From the IMG/VR virus record IMGVR_UViG_3300008107_000012: a stretch of 64,000 bases of DNA. One strand, written 5' to 3'. This document shows positions 45,687 through 54,842 of this stretch, piece by piece (the stretch's first letter is position 1; each line of letters opens with the position of its first letter). The notes under the pieces are model-generated. The model had not been told where the DNA came from and made no database searches. It saw only the letters and a list, made by a program, of their open reading frames with translations. The position numbers were made by a program, and so were the translations under genes. The stretch is from a virus.

Positions 45687-46664
45687 ATGAAATTTTTAAT
45701 CACAGGAATTACTGGATTTGCCGGTCCTCATTTGGCAAATCTATTACATCAAGAGGGTCATGAAATCTATGGATTGATTAGACGCACGAATGGAATGGAG
45801 AGTGATATTCGTGATGTTGTTCGAGATGAAGTTTATACTTCAATTACTTTCTTATATGGAGATCTATGTAATTATAGATCTACGAGAAAAGTTTTTGAAG
45901 AAAATAAATTTGATGGTGTATTTCATCTAGCGGCACAATCCCATCCTCCAACCAGTTTTATTGATCCTATCGGAACAATGGAAACTAATGTAATGGGAAG
46001 TGCAAATCTAATTCAAGTAATTCAGGATCATCAACCTGAATGTAAATTGATGTTTTGCTCTACATCTGAAGTTTATGGAAATGTGGGCCAAGACGGTAGA
46101 AAGATTCATTGGGAAGATACTATTTTCCCAGCAAATCCTTACGGAGCATCAAAGGCTGCAACGGATCTTTATCTCCAAGAAAGAATGCATAATGGATTTA
46201 TTAAGGGATTTATTACTCGTGCATTCTCTCATACTGGTCCACGTAGGGGAAGGATATTTTCAATTTCTTCTGATGCCTATCAAATTGCTAGAATAATGAA
46301 GGGTTTTCAGGAACCTATTCTTAAAGTAGGTAATCTTGAGACTACTCGCGTTGTAATGGACGTTCGTGATACTGTTCGTGCATATTATCTTGCAATGATT
46401 AATAATGATGTTGTTAATCATGTGTTTAATATTTGCGGAGACACTCCTCGTAAGATGCAGTTCTTTACTGATAAATTGATTGAGATTTCTGGATTAAAAA
46501 ATGTAGAACAAAAGATTCATGATCCTTTCTGGAGACCTCATGAAATTTATTATCAGCATGGAGATTCTACCAATCTGGTTGAAATGACAGGATTTAAGGA
46601 AGAATATTCTATTGATAAAACTCTTGAAGATCTATTAATGTACTGGTATAATAAAATTTCATGA
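45687..46664 (+). CDS. GDP-sugar dehydratase/reductase (Gmd/Rmd-like SDR)
   Basis: GITGFAG, AAQS, STSEVYG and YGASK motifs. Confidence 0.85.
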   Translation: MKFLITGITGFAGPHLANLLHQEGHEIYGLIRRTNGMESDIRDVVRDEVYTSITFLYGDLCNYRSTRKVFEENKFDGVFHLAAQSHPPTSFIDPIGTMETNVMGSANLIQVIQDHQPECKLMFCSTSEVYGNVGQDGRKIHWEDTIFPANPYGASKAATDLYLQERMHNGFIKGFITRAFSHTGPRRGRIFSISSDAYQIARIMKGFQEPILKVGNLETTRVVMDVRDTVRAYYLAMINNDVVNHVFNICGDTPRKMQFFTDKLIEISGLKNVEQKIHDPFWRPHEIYYQHGDSTNLVEMTGFKEEYSIDKTLEDLLMYWYNKIS

Positions 46665-47062
46665 CAAAGGTATTTGTTAATGGAACCTTTGATGTTCTTC
46701 ATCCAGGACATCTTGCATTGTTAAATTATGCAAGATCCTTGGGGGATTATGTTGTTGTCGGAATAGATACAGATGATAGAGTGAGAGAGAAAAAGGGTCC
46801 TTCTAGACCAGTTAATGGTGAAAAAGATAGGAGGATTATGTTATTAAATTTAAAATCAGTTGATGAAGTCAAATTTTTTGGTACTGATGAAGAACTTGAA
46901 AATTTAATTAAATTAGTTCGACCAAACATCATGGTAGTTGGATCTGATTGGAAAGATAAATCTATCATAGGTTCTTGTTATGCGGCAAAACTTTTATTTT
47001 TTGATAGAATAGATGAGTATTCAACGACAAAAACAATTCAAAGTATTATTGATAGGCGATAG
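46661..47062 (+). CDS. Heptose-1-phosphate adenylyltransferase-like (HldE/RfaE domain II)
   Basis: GTFDVLHPGH, KGPSRP and YSTT motifs. Confidence 0.85.
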   Translation: MTKVFVNGTFDVLHPGHLALLNYARSLGDYVVVGIDTDDRVREKKGPSRPVNGEKDRRIMLLNLKSVDEVKFFGTDEELENLIKLVRPNIMVVGSDWKDKSIIGSCYAAKLLFFDRIDEYSTTKTIQSIIDRR

Positions 47063-47774
47063 TTGTGTAGACGAATATGTCTATGGAACTTGTGAAAGAT
47101 TGAGTCCTGAAGCTCCAGTTCCTATTCTTCAGCACAAGGAAACAAAAAGATCTTTAGGGATGTCTCATAATGTTTTTTTAAATCTTTTATCATTTGGAGT
47201 TGAATGTGATTTCCATACAAATAATCCCGAACAATTAATTAAAAGGAGATTTGTTGATTTAAAATCAATGAATCAATTATTAAGAGAAGATATTGGAAAT
47301 TCCGTTACTTCAAAACCAATAGAAATTACTGAAAATTATGATGCCATTGTAATTTCGGATTATGATAAAGGATTTATAGATCCAATATCAATTAAAAATA
47401 TTTGTGAAACTTTTAGTGGACCAATTTTCGTAGATAGTAAAAGAAAGGATCTTAGTATATTTCCAAATGCCATCATAAAAATAAATCAATATGAAGCAGA
47501 ACATGTAAAAATATCAGATTCTAATGAATTAATCGTTACTCATGGTAAAAGTGGAGCATTTTATAATGGAAAACATTTTAAAGCACCTCATGTAGATGTG
47601 TATGATGTAACTGGTGCTGGTGATATATTTTTAGCATCGTTGTGCTATTTTTACTTATCCAATAATAATTTTTATGATACAATACCAAAATGCATAATCT
47701 TAGCAACTAAATCAGTTCAGCATTTGGGTTCCTATATTCTTACGGAGGAAGATATAAATGAAATATGTAATTGA
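47013..47774 (+). CDS. Heptose-7-phosphate kinase-like PfkB protein (HldE/RfaE domain I)
   Basis: RLSPEAPVP, SDYDKG and DVTGAGD motifs. Confidence 0.88.
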   Translation: MSIQRQKQFKVLLIGDSCVDEYVYGTCERLSPEAPVPILQHKETKRSLGMSHNVFLNLLSFGVECDFHTNNPEQLIKRRFVDLKSMNQLLREDIGNSVTSKPIEITENYDAIVISDYDKGFIDPISIKNICETFSGPIFVDSKRKDLSIFPNAIIKINQYEAEHVKISDSNELIVTHGKSGAFYNGKHFKAPHVDVYDVTGAGDIFLASLCYFYLSNNNFYDTIPKCIILATKSVQHLGSYILTEEDINEICN

Positions 47775-48087
47775 TGTTGATGGCACAATTTGTGATAAAC
47801 CTGAGTGTCGTGATGATTGTGATTACGACACTAGTATTCCCAAAAAAGATAGAATTGATAAAATAAATAAACTATACGATGAAGGTCATACAATCGTATA
47901 TCTAACAGCTAGAGGAATGGGTCGATATAACGATAATGCAGATCTAGCAGAACAAAGTTTTTATTCACTAACTGCAGATCAATTAGAAAAGTGGGGATGT
48001 AAATATCACAAACTTATTCTAGGTAAACCCTCTGGTGATTATTACATTGATGATAAGGGAATAAACGCAAATGAGTTCTTCAATTAA
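47758..48087 (+). CDS. Small HAD-superfamily phosphatase
   Basis: DVDGT, TARG, GKP and IDDK motifs. Confidence 0.85.
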   Translation: MKYVIDVDGTICDKPECRDDCDYDTSIPKKDRIDKINKLYDEGHTIVYLTARGMGRYNDNADLAEQSFYSLTADQLEKWGCKYHKLILGKPSGDYYIDDKGINANEFFN

Positions 48088-48418
48088 ATTTGTCCCCAAA
48101 GGATGGGGATTTGAAAAATGGATTGTCAATACTGAAGAGTATTGCGGTAAACTTCTTTACCTTGTAAAAGGTAAAAAATGTTCTTGGCATTATCATAATC
48201 TAAAAGATGAAACTTTTTACATTCAGAGTGGAAAAATTCTTTTAAAATATTCTGATACTGATACTCCAGAATTTGAAATTATTTTAGGACCTGGAGATAA
48301 TTTTCATGTTTATAGAGGTTTAAGGCATCAAATGATTGCTTTAGAGGATACTGAACTTTTTGAGTTTTCTACTCAGCATTTTGATGAAGATAGTAATCGG
48401 GTATCTCCGGGTGATTGA
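48071..48418 (+). CDS. Cupin-fold sugar isomerase-like protein
   Basis: KGWGFE, SWHYH...ETF...G and RH motifs. Confidence 0.8.
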   Translation: MSSSIKFVPKGWGFEKWIVNTEEYCGKLLYLVKGKKCSWHYHNLKDETFYIQSGKILLKYSDTDTPEFEIILGPGDNFHVYRGLRHQMIALEDTELFEFSTQHFDEDSNRVSPGD

Positions 48419-49221
48419 ATATTATGGATAAAAACAAATCAACGTACAAACTTAAAAATATTGGTCCAATATATTATCTAAATCTTGACGGTCAACAAGA
48501 AAGGCAGCAGTATATGGAGGACCAATTTAAGTATTGGGAAATTGAAAATTATACTCGCATATCTGCTTATGATGGTCGAGAAGATGATCTAAGTGATATT
48601 CTTTCTGGTCGTTATCCTGAAATGATGACTTCTGGTGAAATAGGATGTGTAACATCTCACTTAAAAGCAATTAAGTATTGGTATGAAACATCAGATTCTC
48701 CCTATGCAATTATTATGGAGGATGATTGTAATTTAGATCTAGTTAAGTATTGGAATTTTACCTGGCAAGATTTTTATTCTCATGTTCCTTACGATTGGGA
48801 TGTAGTTCAAATTGCAATTATTTGTACCGGTGACTTGCATGTAAAACTTCATAAGAGATTTGTAAATGATTTTTCTACTGCTTGTTATTTGATTACAAGA
48901 CATCACGCAGAAAAACTTATCAAGTTTCATGTAAAGGGTAATAAGTATCGTTTAGATAATGGAGTAAAACCACGACCAGTTGCAGATGATTTAATTTACA
49001 ATTCAGCAAATACTTACTCAATTCCACTTCTTCTTTATAAAATTGAATTGGGTTCTTCTATTCATCCAGAACATATTGATGCATTTCATAGGGGAAATCA
49101 CGATGCATTGCTTAATTACTGGCAACAAGTTGGAGCACAACTAAAAATTGACGATTTGATGAATTATGATCCATATCTTGGAAGAATCGTTGAAAATACG
49201 GCAGGGCAACAAGAATCTTGA
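48415..49221 (+). CDS. GT25 glycosyltransferase
   Basis: YLNL..R, AYDG, GEIGCVTSH and MEDD motifs. Confidence 0.85.
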   Translation: MNIMDKNKSTYKLKNIGPIYYLNLDGQQERQQYMEDQFKYWEIENYTRISAYDGREDDLSDILSGRYPEMMTSGEIGCVTSHLKAIKYWYETSDSPYAIIMEDDCNLDLVKYWNFTWQDFYSHVPYDWDVVQIAIICTGDLHVKLHKRFVNDFSTACYLITRHHAEKLIKFHVKGNKYRLDNGVKPRPVADDLIYNSANTYSIPLLLYKIELGSSIHPEHIDAFHRGNHDALLNYWQQVGAQLKIDDLMNYDPYLGRIVENTAGQQES

Positions 49222-49360
49222 CAAAATCTTAACAAACTGTTAGGATAAATACGTTCTGGTGGCAAGACCTCAAATACTTGTTGAGTCACTGAATAAACGG
49301 AGTTATGTCGAAACTCCTTACATCCGCAGGAAAACTCTGCGAGAAAATATAGAGGTACTT

Positions 49361-50827
49361 ATGTTTAAATCCGCTTTCGCAGCAACCCTTGCTGCAACTC
49401 CACTAGTCGCTGGTGCTGCGTTCGCAGAACCCTATGGGACTTATGGACCTTATGTAGAATCTCAGGTTACGAGCATCGCACAGTTCTCTGATGTTCGTCC
49501 TACCGATTGGGCATATCAAGCACTGAGCAACCTTGTTGAGCAATATGGTTGTGTTGCTGGTTATCCTAATGGCACTTATGGTGGTGGTCAGTCAATGACT
49601 CGTTATGAGGCAGCTGCTCTTCTGAATGCTTGCCTGGATCGTGTGACTGAAGTTACCGATGAACTGAAGCGTCTTCAGGCAGAATTCGCACAAGAACTTG
49701 CTGTTCTTCGTGGTCGTGTTGACGGTCTGGAAGCAAAGGTTGGTCAACTTGAGGCAACTCAATTTTCCACTACGACTAAACTTCGTGGTGAAGCAACCTT
49801 CGTTCTCGGAGGTGTTCCTGGTTATGATACTAAAACCGATGTTAGCACTCGTACTGCTTTCAACTATGATGTTCGTCTGAACTTTGACACTTCGTTTACT
49901 GGTAAGGATCTGCTCCGTACCCGTCTTCGTGCTGCTAATTTCAGCACTGATCCCTTTGGTTCTTCTTCTTCCCTGTTCAAACTGGACAAGGCAGATAACA
50001 CTGAATCCCAAGTTGGTGATACTGTAGTTATTGATCGTCTGTACTATCAGTTCCCTGCTCTTACGAAAGGTCTGACATTGACTGCTGGACCTGTTGTTCG
50101 TAACACTGAAATGGCTTGGATTCCTTCTGCTTATAAGTCAGAAATCCTTGATTTCTTCCAAGTTGCTGGTACTCCTGGTGTGTATAACAAGGCAACTGGT
50201 GCTGGTTTTGGTGCCCTCTGGCGTCAACCTGGTAAGCAAGGTTTCATTGCTGGTGTAAACTATGTTGCTCAGAATGGTGACGATAGTGAAACTGGTGTCT
50301 TTGATGAAACTGGTGCTCTGAATACTCTGGCACAGATTGGTTATCGTGGACAGAACTGGGGCATCGGTGCTGGTTATCGTTATGGTACTGAAGGCACCCG
50401 TGTTCGCACCTACAACGGTCTGAACGGTTCTTCTGGCACTCTGGTTCCTGGTCAAACCTCTAGTGGTTATGCCGTGAATGCTTACTGGCAACCTACTCAA
50501 TCGGGTTGGGTTCCTTCTATCTCTGCTGGATATGGTTGGAACACTGTAAGTGGAACTGCTAGTGCTGCTACCGATAGTGAGTCGTGGTTTGCTGGTCTCC
50601 AGTGGGCAGATGTATTTGCTAAGGGTAACTCTGCTGGTATTGCTGTTGGTCAAGCACCTACGGGTGAAGACCTTGAAGATGCAACGATGCTTGAAATCTT
50701 CTACAAGTATCAAGTGTCCGATAATATCAGCATCACTCCTGCTATCTTCTATGCTAGTGACAACCAGCGTCTGAACGACAATGCCTCCAAGTGGGGTGGT
50801 GTAATCCAGACCAAGTTTACTTTCTGA
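49361..50827 (+). CDS. Cyanobacterial SLH-domain porin (Som/OprB family)
   Basis: Signal peptide; FSDVRPTDWAYQAL SLH motif; FSTTTKL; C-terminal TKFTF. GAGG RBS before ATG 49361. Confidence 0.92.
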   Translation: MFKSAFAATLAATPLVAGAAFAEPYGTYGPYVESQVTSIAQFSDVRPTDWAYQALSNLVEQYGCVAGYPNGTYGGGQSMTRYEAAALLNACLDRVTEVTDELKRLQAEFAQELAVLRGRVDGLEAKVGQLEATQFSTTTKLRGEATFVLGGVPGYDTKTDVSTRTAFNYDVRLNFDTSFTGKDLLRTRLRAANFSTDPFGSSSSLFKLDKADNTESQVGDTVVIDRLYYQFPALTKGLTLTAGPVVRNTEMAWIPSAYKSEILDFFQVAGTPGVYNKATGAGFGALWRQPGKQGFIAGVNYVAQNGDDSETGVFDETGALNTLAQIGYRGQNWGIGAGYRYGTEGTRVRTYNGLNGSSGTLVPGQTSSGYAVNAYWQPTQSGWVPSISAGYGWNTVSGTASAATDSESWFAGLQWADVFAKGNSAGIAVGQAPTGEDLEDATMLEIFYKYQVSDNISITPAIFYASDNQRLNDNASKWGGVIQTKFTF

Positions 50828-50889
50828 TCATCTGAAAGTATAATAAACTGGGAGGGGGAAACCCCTCCTTTTTAATGCGGAGAAATTAA

Positions 50890-51165
50890 ATGTATGATTA
50901 TTGGGTAGTAACAGAAAAATCTACTGGTAGAGTAATTGCTCATTGTGGTGATGAACAAGATGCCAGAATGATGTTTGAATTTGATCCTCATAATAGAAGT
51001 TATAGAAAACAAAAGTTTATTATGGATCAAGTGATTGATATTACTTCCACTATAGATAAGCAACTTCCTGGCCAAGTAGGACTTCCTGCAGGAGAGGTTG
51101 AAAGACTTCAAGAATTTAAAGTAAAACTTCCTGAAGGTGAAGGTCATCCAATAAATATCAGTTAA
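50890..51165 (+). CDS. Hypothetical protein
   Basis: GGAG RBS; ORF between the porin and pstS. Confidence 0.65.
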   Translation: MYDYWVVTEKSTGRVIAHCGDEQDARMMFEFDPHNRSYRKQKFIMDQVIDITSTIDKQLPGQVGLPAGEVERLQEFKVKLPEGEGHPINIS

Positions 51166-51217
51166 TCAAAACCTTAACCAAATCTTAGTGGACTTTAAAC
51201 TCTGGTTCAGGTATTAT
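51161..51217 (+). promoter_or_regulatory. Pho-box-like tandem repeats and -10 element upstream of pstS
   Basis: GTTAATCA, CTTAACCA, CTTAGTGG, TTTAAACT at ~11-nt spacing, then TATTAT. Confidence 0.6.
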
Positions 51218-51252
51218 TACTCACGAAGTCTGTTATTTTTACTTCACTTTTT

Positions 51253-52218
51253 ATGAAACTCAAAAACTTTATTGCTATTGGTCTGGTTGCCTCTCCTGTT
51301 GCGGCATTTGCTGGACCTGCTTTGAATGGTGCTGGTGCCACCTTCCCTGCACCGATTTACCAACGATGGTTCCAAGATTATGCACGAACTTCTGGGAGTA
51401 GGGTTAATTATCAGTCCGTTGGTTCTGGTGCTGGTGTTCGTCAATACATTGCGGGCACAGTTGACTTCGGAGCATCTGACGAAGCAATCACCGCAGCAGA
51501 AGCAGCAAAGGTGAAACGTGGTGTCGTTCAAATCCCGATGGTGGGTGGAACGATTGCTGTTGCTTATAACAAACCTGGATGTTCTCTGAAACTCACACAG
51601 AAGCAAACTGTTGATGTCTTTGCTGGTCGTATTAAGGACTGGAATCAACTTCCCAACTGTGGTAACGGTCCTATCCGTGTTGTTTATCGTTCTGATGGTT
51701 CTGGAACTACCTATGCCTTCACCAACTCCCTTGATGCCTTTGGTGGTTGGGGTCCTGGTGTAGCAAAAGCAGTTAAGTGGCCTACTGGTGTTGGTGGTAA
51801 GGGTAACGAAGGTGTTGCTGGAACCATCAAGAATACTCCTGGTTCTATCGGTTATGTAAACACTGGATTTGTTCGTGCAAACAAACTTCAAGCAGCAGCA
51901 ATTCAAAACAAAGCAGGTAAGTTTGTTCTTCCTACTGCTGCTACTGGTGCTGCTGCTCTAAACAACATCACTCTAAATGCTAACCTTGCTGGTGAGAACC
52001 CTAATCCTTCTGGCGCAAATGCTTATCCCATTTCTACCCTGACTTGGATTCTTGCATATCGCACTGGTAACGGTGAGAAGGCAGATGATATTCGTGCTGC
52101 TCTCAAGTATGCTCTGAGTTCTAAAGCACAGGGTATTGCTGATGATCTGGGTTATGTTCCTCTGAGTGGTTCTGTTCTCAACCGAGCACGAATTGCTGTG
52201 GATCGTATCGGTAAATGA
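51253..52218 (+). CDS. pstS: Phosphate-binding protein PstS
   Basis: GAGATFP, GSGAG, DFGASD, RSDGSGTT and YPI motifs. Confidence 0.96.
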   Translation: MKLKNFIAIGLVASPVAAFAGPALNGAGATFPAPIYQRWFQDYARTSGSRVNYQSVGSGAGVRQYIAGTVDFGASDEAITAAEAAKVKRGVVQIPMVGGTIAVAYNKPGCSLKLTQKQTVDVFAGRIKDWNQLPNCGNGPIRVVYRSDGSGTTYAFTNSLDAFGGWGPGVAKAVKWPTGVGGKGNEGVAGTIKNTPGSIGYVNTGFVRANKLQAAAIQNKAGKFVLPTAATGAAALNNITLNANLAGENPNPSGANAYPISTLTWILAYRTGNGEKADDIRAALKYALSSKAQGIADDLGYVPLSGSVLNRARIAVDRIGK

Positions 52219-52305
52219 TGAAATCCTAACAGTCAGGACGGGAAACCGTCTTGACTTTTCTTAACAATCCCTATATAATATTGTTGTAAATCGTTACAAA
52301 AGAAA

Positions 52306-52500
52306 ATGACTGTAACTTCTAATGAGTACGGCCAACAAAATATGTGGGCGAAAGAACCCGTAATGTACTATCAGAACTACGGAATGCTGACCCCTAATCA
52401 AGTCAAGGAGAGAACCAATGGACGCTGGGCTATGGTCGGTTTCGTTGCTGGCGTTATTTCTTATGCTATCACTGGCAACTTCTTCTTCGGTGTCTTCTGA
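52306..52500 (+). CDS. hli: High-light-inducible protein
   Basis: ERTNGRWAMVGF. Confidence 0.9.
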   Translation: MTVTSNEYGQQNMWAKEPVMYYQNYGMLTPNQVKERTNGRWAMVGFVAGVISYAITGNFFFGVF

Positions 52501-52585
52501 TGACTGAAACAATCTTCACCTTTACGGGAGTTGCTTTTTTAGTACTCTTGAGTTATGCTGTTGAGAAGGTCGTAGAAACTTACTG

Positions 52586-52861
52586 ATGAGTGCTAATATG
52601 TTGGGGCAGTTTGCTCTTGCCCTTGAAAAACTTGGATGGGATACCGATGATGAACTTTCTGTTGAAATCGGTGGTGTAGCAGTAACTGGAACTGCAACTC
52701 ATCCAGATGCTAATGCAAAGTGGGCAAAACTATTTGGGACTGTAACCTATCAGAATGATGCTTTCATTGTGATCAAAAATAAAACCAGAAGTCCTATGGT
52801 TTTCTCACAACCTAATCCAGAACTTAAACAACAACATCCATATCAAGGAGAAAACAAATGA
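52586..52861 (+). CDS. Hypothetical protein
   Basis: ORF between the two hli genes. Confidence 0.65.
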   Translation: MSANMLGQFALALEKLGWDTDDELSVEIGGVAVTGTATHPDANAKWAKLFGTVTYQNDAFIVIKNKTRSPMVFSQPNPELKQQHPYQGENK

Positions 52862-52977
52862 ACAAACTGTTTACTGATGCTGCTGAAAAACTGAACGGTC
52901 GTGCTGCGATGATTGGTTTCATTGCTGCAACTGCTTCGTATCTCACGACAGGTCAAATCATCCCTGGCGTATTCTGA
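52858..52977 (+). CDS. hli: High-light-inducible protein (39 aa)
   Basis: AEKLNGRAAMIGF...TGQIIPGVF; read by hand. Confidence 0.92.
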   Translation: MNKLFTDAAEKLNGRAAMIGFIAATASYLTTGQIIPGVF

Positions 52978-53041
52978 TTAATAACTTATAATTATGTTTA
53001 ATATTTTTAGGAAAAACAAAGAAAATACTATGGAGGTTAAA

Positions 53042-53572
53042 ATGCGTGTTGAAAACTATCAAATTCCCCACGAAGTTGAGTTCGTGTTCCGTGAGTCTGG
53101 TGAGTTTGTAACTCGTCCTGCTTCCGAACTTTTTGATGGTAAGAAGGTAGTTATCTTCTCTCTGCCTGGTGCATTCACTCCTACTTGCTCTGCATACCAA
53201 CTTCCTGGGTTTGAAGAGAAGTATGAGGAGTTCAAGGCACTTGGTATTGATGAAATCTATTGTATTTCTGTGAATGATGGTTTTGTAATGAATGCCTGGG
53301 CGCAAGATCAAAACATTCAAAACGTAAAACTGATTCCCGATGGAAACGCACATTTCACCCGTAGTATGGGTATGCTCGTCAATAAGTCGAATCTTGGCTT
53401 CGGTGAGCGCAGTTGGCGTTACGCTGCTGTGGTAAATGATCGTATTATCGAAAAAATCTTCATTGAAGAAGGTAAACGTGATAATGCCGATACCGATCCT
53501 TATGATGTAACAACTCCAGAATCAGTTCTGGATTATGTAAAATCTACAATTCTAGAAAAAGAACTTGTGTGA
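53042..53572 (+). CDS. Peroxiredoxin (Prx5/type II)
   Basis: PGAFTPTCS, SVND.FVM.AW and RSWRY motifs; GGAGG RBS before 53042. Confidence 0.92.
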   Translation: MRVENYQIPHEVEFVFRESGEFVTRPASELFDGKKVVIFSLPGAFTPTCSAYQLPGFEEKYEEFKALGIDEIYCISVNDGFVMNAWAQDQNIQNVKLIPDGNAHFTRSMGMLVNKSNLGFGERSWRYAAVVNDRIIEKIFIEEGKRDNADTDPYDVTTPESVLDYVKSTILEKELV

Positions 53573-53633
53573 TTTAGAAGGAGGGTTAAAACCCTCCTTT
53601 TTTAATAAATAAATTTACTGAATAGGTAAAGAT

Positions 53634-54335
53634 ATGAAAATAGATCTCCATAATTTCTTTTTACACTACGATCCTAAAAATCCAAAGCACGTTGCAGCAG
53701 TAGAGCAGTTTGAAAAGGATTTGGAATCTAAAAATCCAGACTTGCTTGATGATGAAACGAGTTGGGTAAAAATTTATAGGTTAAAAGTAGAACCCGTAGT
53801 TCCAGGAGTTCTTAATGTTCCTTGGTTCCCACAAACAGATAATTACAGAGATGCACAAAGAACCTGTAATTCATCTTCTTGTGCGATGTGTCTAGAGTAT
53901 TTCAAACCAGGCACACTTCAGGGAGCAACAGGCGATGATGCCTATATTCAAAAGGTATTCGCAATTGGTGATACGACTGATCACACCGTCCAAACAAAAG
54001 TTTTGGAAGGTTATGGTATTAAGTCACGATTTGTTTACAATCTTTCTTTTGCTGATCTTGATCGTGAGCTTGCCGCTGGGAGACCTGTCGTTATCGGGAT
54101 TCTTCATCGCGGTTCTTTATCTGCACCTACTGGCGGGCACTTACTTGTAGTGATCGGTAAGAAAGGTGATGATTATGTTGTAAATGATCCTTATGGTTCT
54201 CTCAACGATGGATATACAGGACCAGTTACAAATGGTAAAGGTGCTGTATATAAGAAATCAGATTTAATGCAACGTTGGTTGGATAAAGGAAAAGATAGAA
54301 CTGGATGGGGTCGTATTTTTGATGCAAAAAAGTAA
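53634..54335 (+). CDS. C39-like cysteine peptidase
   Basis: PWFPQ..TCNSSSCAM, GGH and VNDPYG motifs; ends in GCA AAA AAG TAA. Confidence 0.8.
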   Translation: MKIDLHNFFLHYDPKNPKHVAAVEQFEKDLESKNPDLLDDETSWVKIYRLKVEPVVPGVLNVPWFPQTDNYRDAQRTCNSSSCAMCLEYFKPGTLQGATGDDAYIQKVFAIGDTTDHTVQTKVLEGYGIKSRFVYNLSFADLDRELAAGRPVVIGILHRGSLSAPTGGHLLVVIGKKGDDYVVNDPYGSLNDGYTGPVTNGKGAVYKKSDLMQRWLDKGKDRTGWGRIFDAKK

Positions 54336-54805
54336 TTAGTTCTATTCCAGTTAAAGGGGTAGAACTGATAAAAGCATTTGAAGGATGTAAATTAAGAGCA
54401 TATCCAGATCCTTTGACTGGAGGTGCTCCAATCACAATAGGTTGGGGTTCTACTCGCAGAAAAGATGGAACTGGATTTATGATGGGTAATACCATTACAC
54501 AACAGGAAGCAGATGATCTGTTAATGTTTGATATTGAAACAAAATTTATTCCTGCACTACAAAAAATCCTTTATTGGAATGAGATGAATGAAAATCAACA
54601 AGGAGCACTTCTTTCTTTTGCTTATAATCTTGGTGCTCATTTCTACGGGGGTTCCAATTTTAATACCATAACTAGAGTATTAAAGAATAAGGAATGGGAT
54701 AAAGTTCCTGATGCTTTATATCTTTACCGAAATCCTGGAAGTAATGTAGAGGCAGGATTAGCAAGAAGAAGAAAAGCAGAGGGTGATCTTTGGAAAAGAA
54801 CTTAA
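54326..54805 (+). CDS. GH24 lysozyme domain, probably reached by -1 frameshift from the C39 gene
   Basis: LIKAFEG..AYPDP..TIGWG...FAYNLG...GLARRR. No in-frame ATG/GTG/TTG precedes the catalytic Glu. Confidence 0.8.
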   Translation, partial: KKVISSIPVKGVELIKAFEGCKLRAYPDPLTGGAPITIGWGSTRRKDGTGFMMGNTITQQEADDLLMFDIETKFIPALQKILYWNEMNENQQGALLSFAYNLGAHFYGGSNFNTITRVLKNKEWDKVPDALYLYRNPGSNVEAGLARRRKAEGDLWKRT

Positions 54806-54842
54806 AATAAATAACAATAGACTTTATTGAGGTGTTATTATT

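Noticed and set aside
49592-51906. Long antisense ORFs opposite the porin and pstS
   Set aside because: Typical antisense shadows of strongly codon-biased genes.
54413-54805. Lysozyme starting at TTG 54413
   Set aside because: This start would omit the catalytic Glu (FEG at ~54377-54385); the frameshift model fits better.
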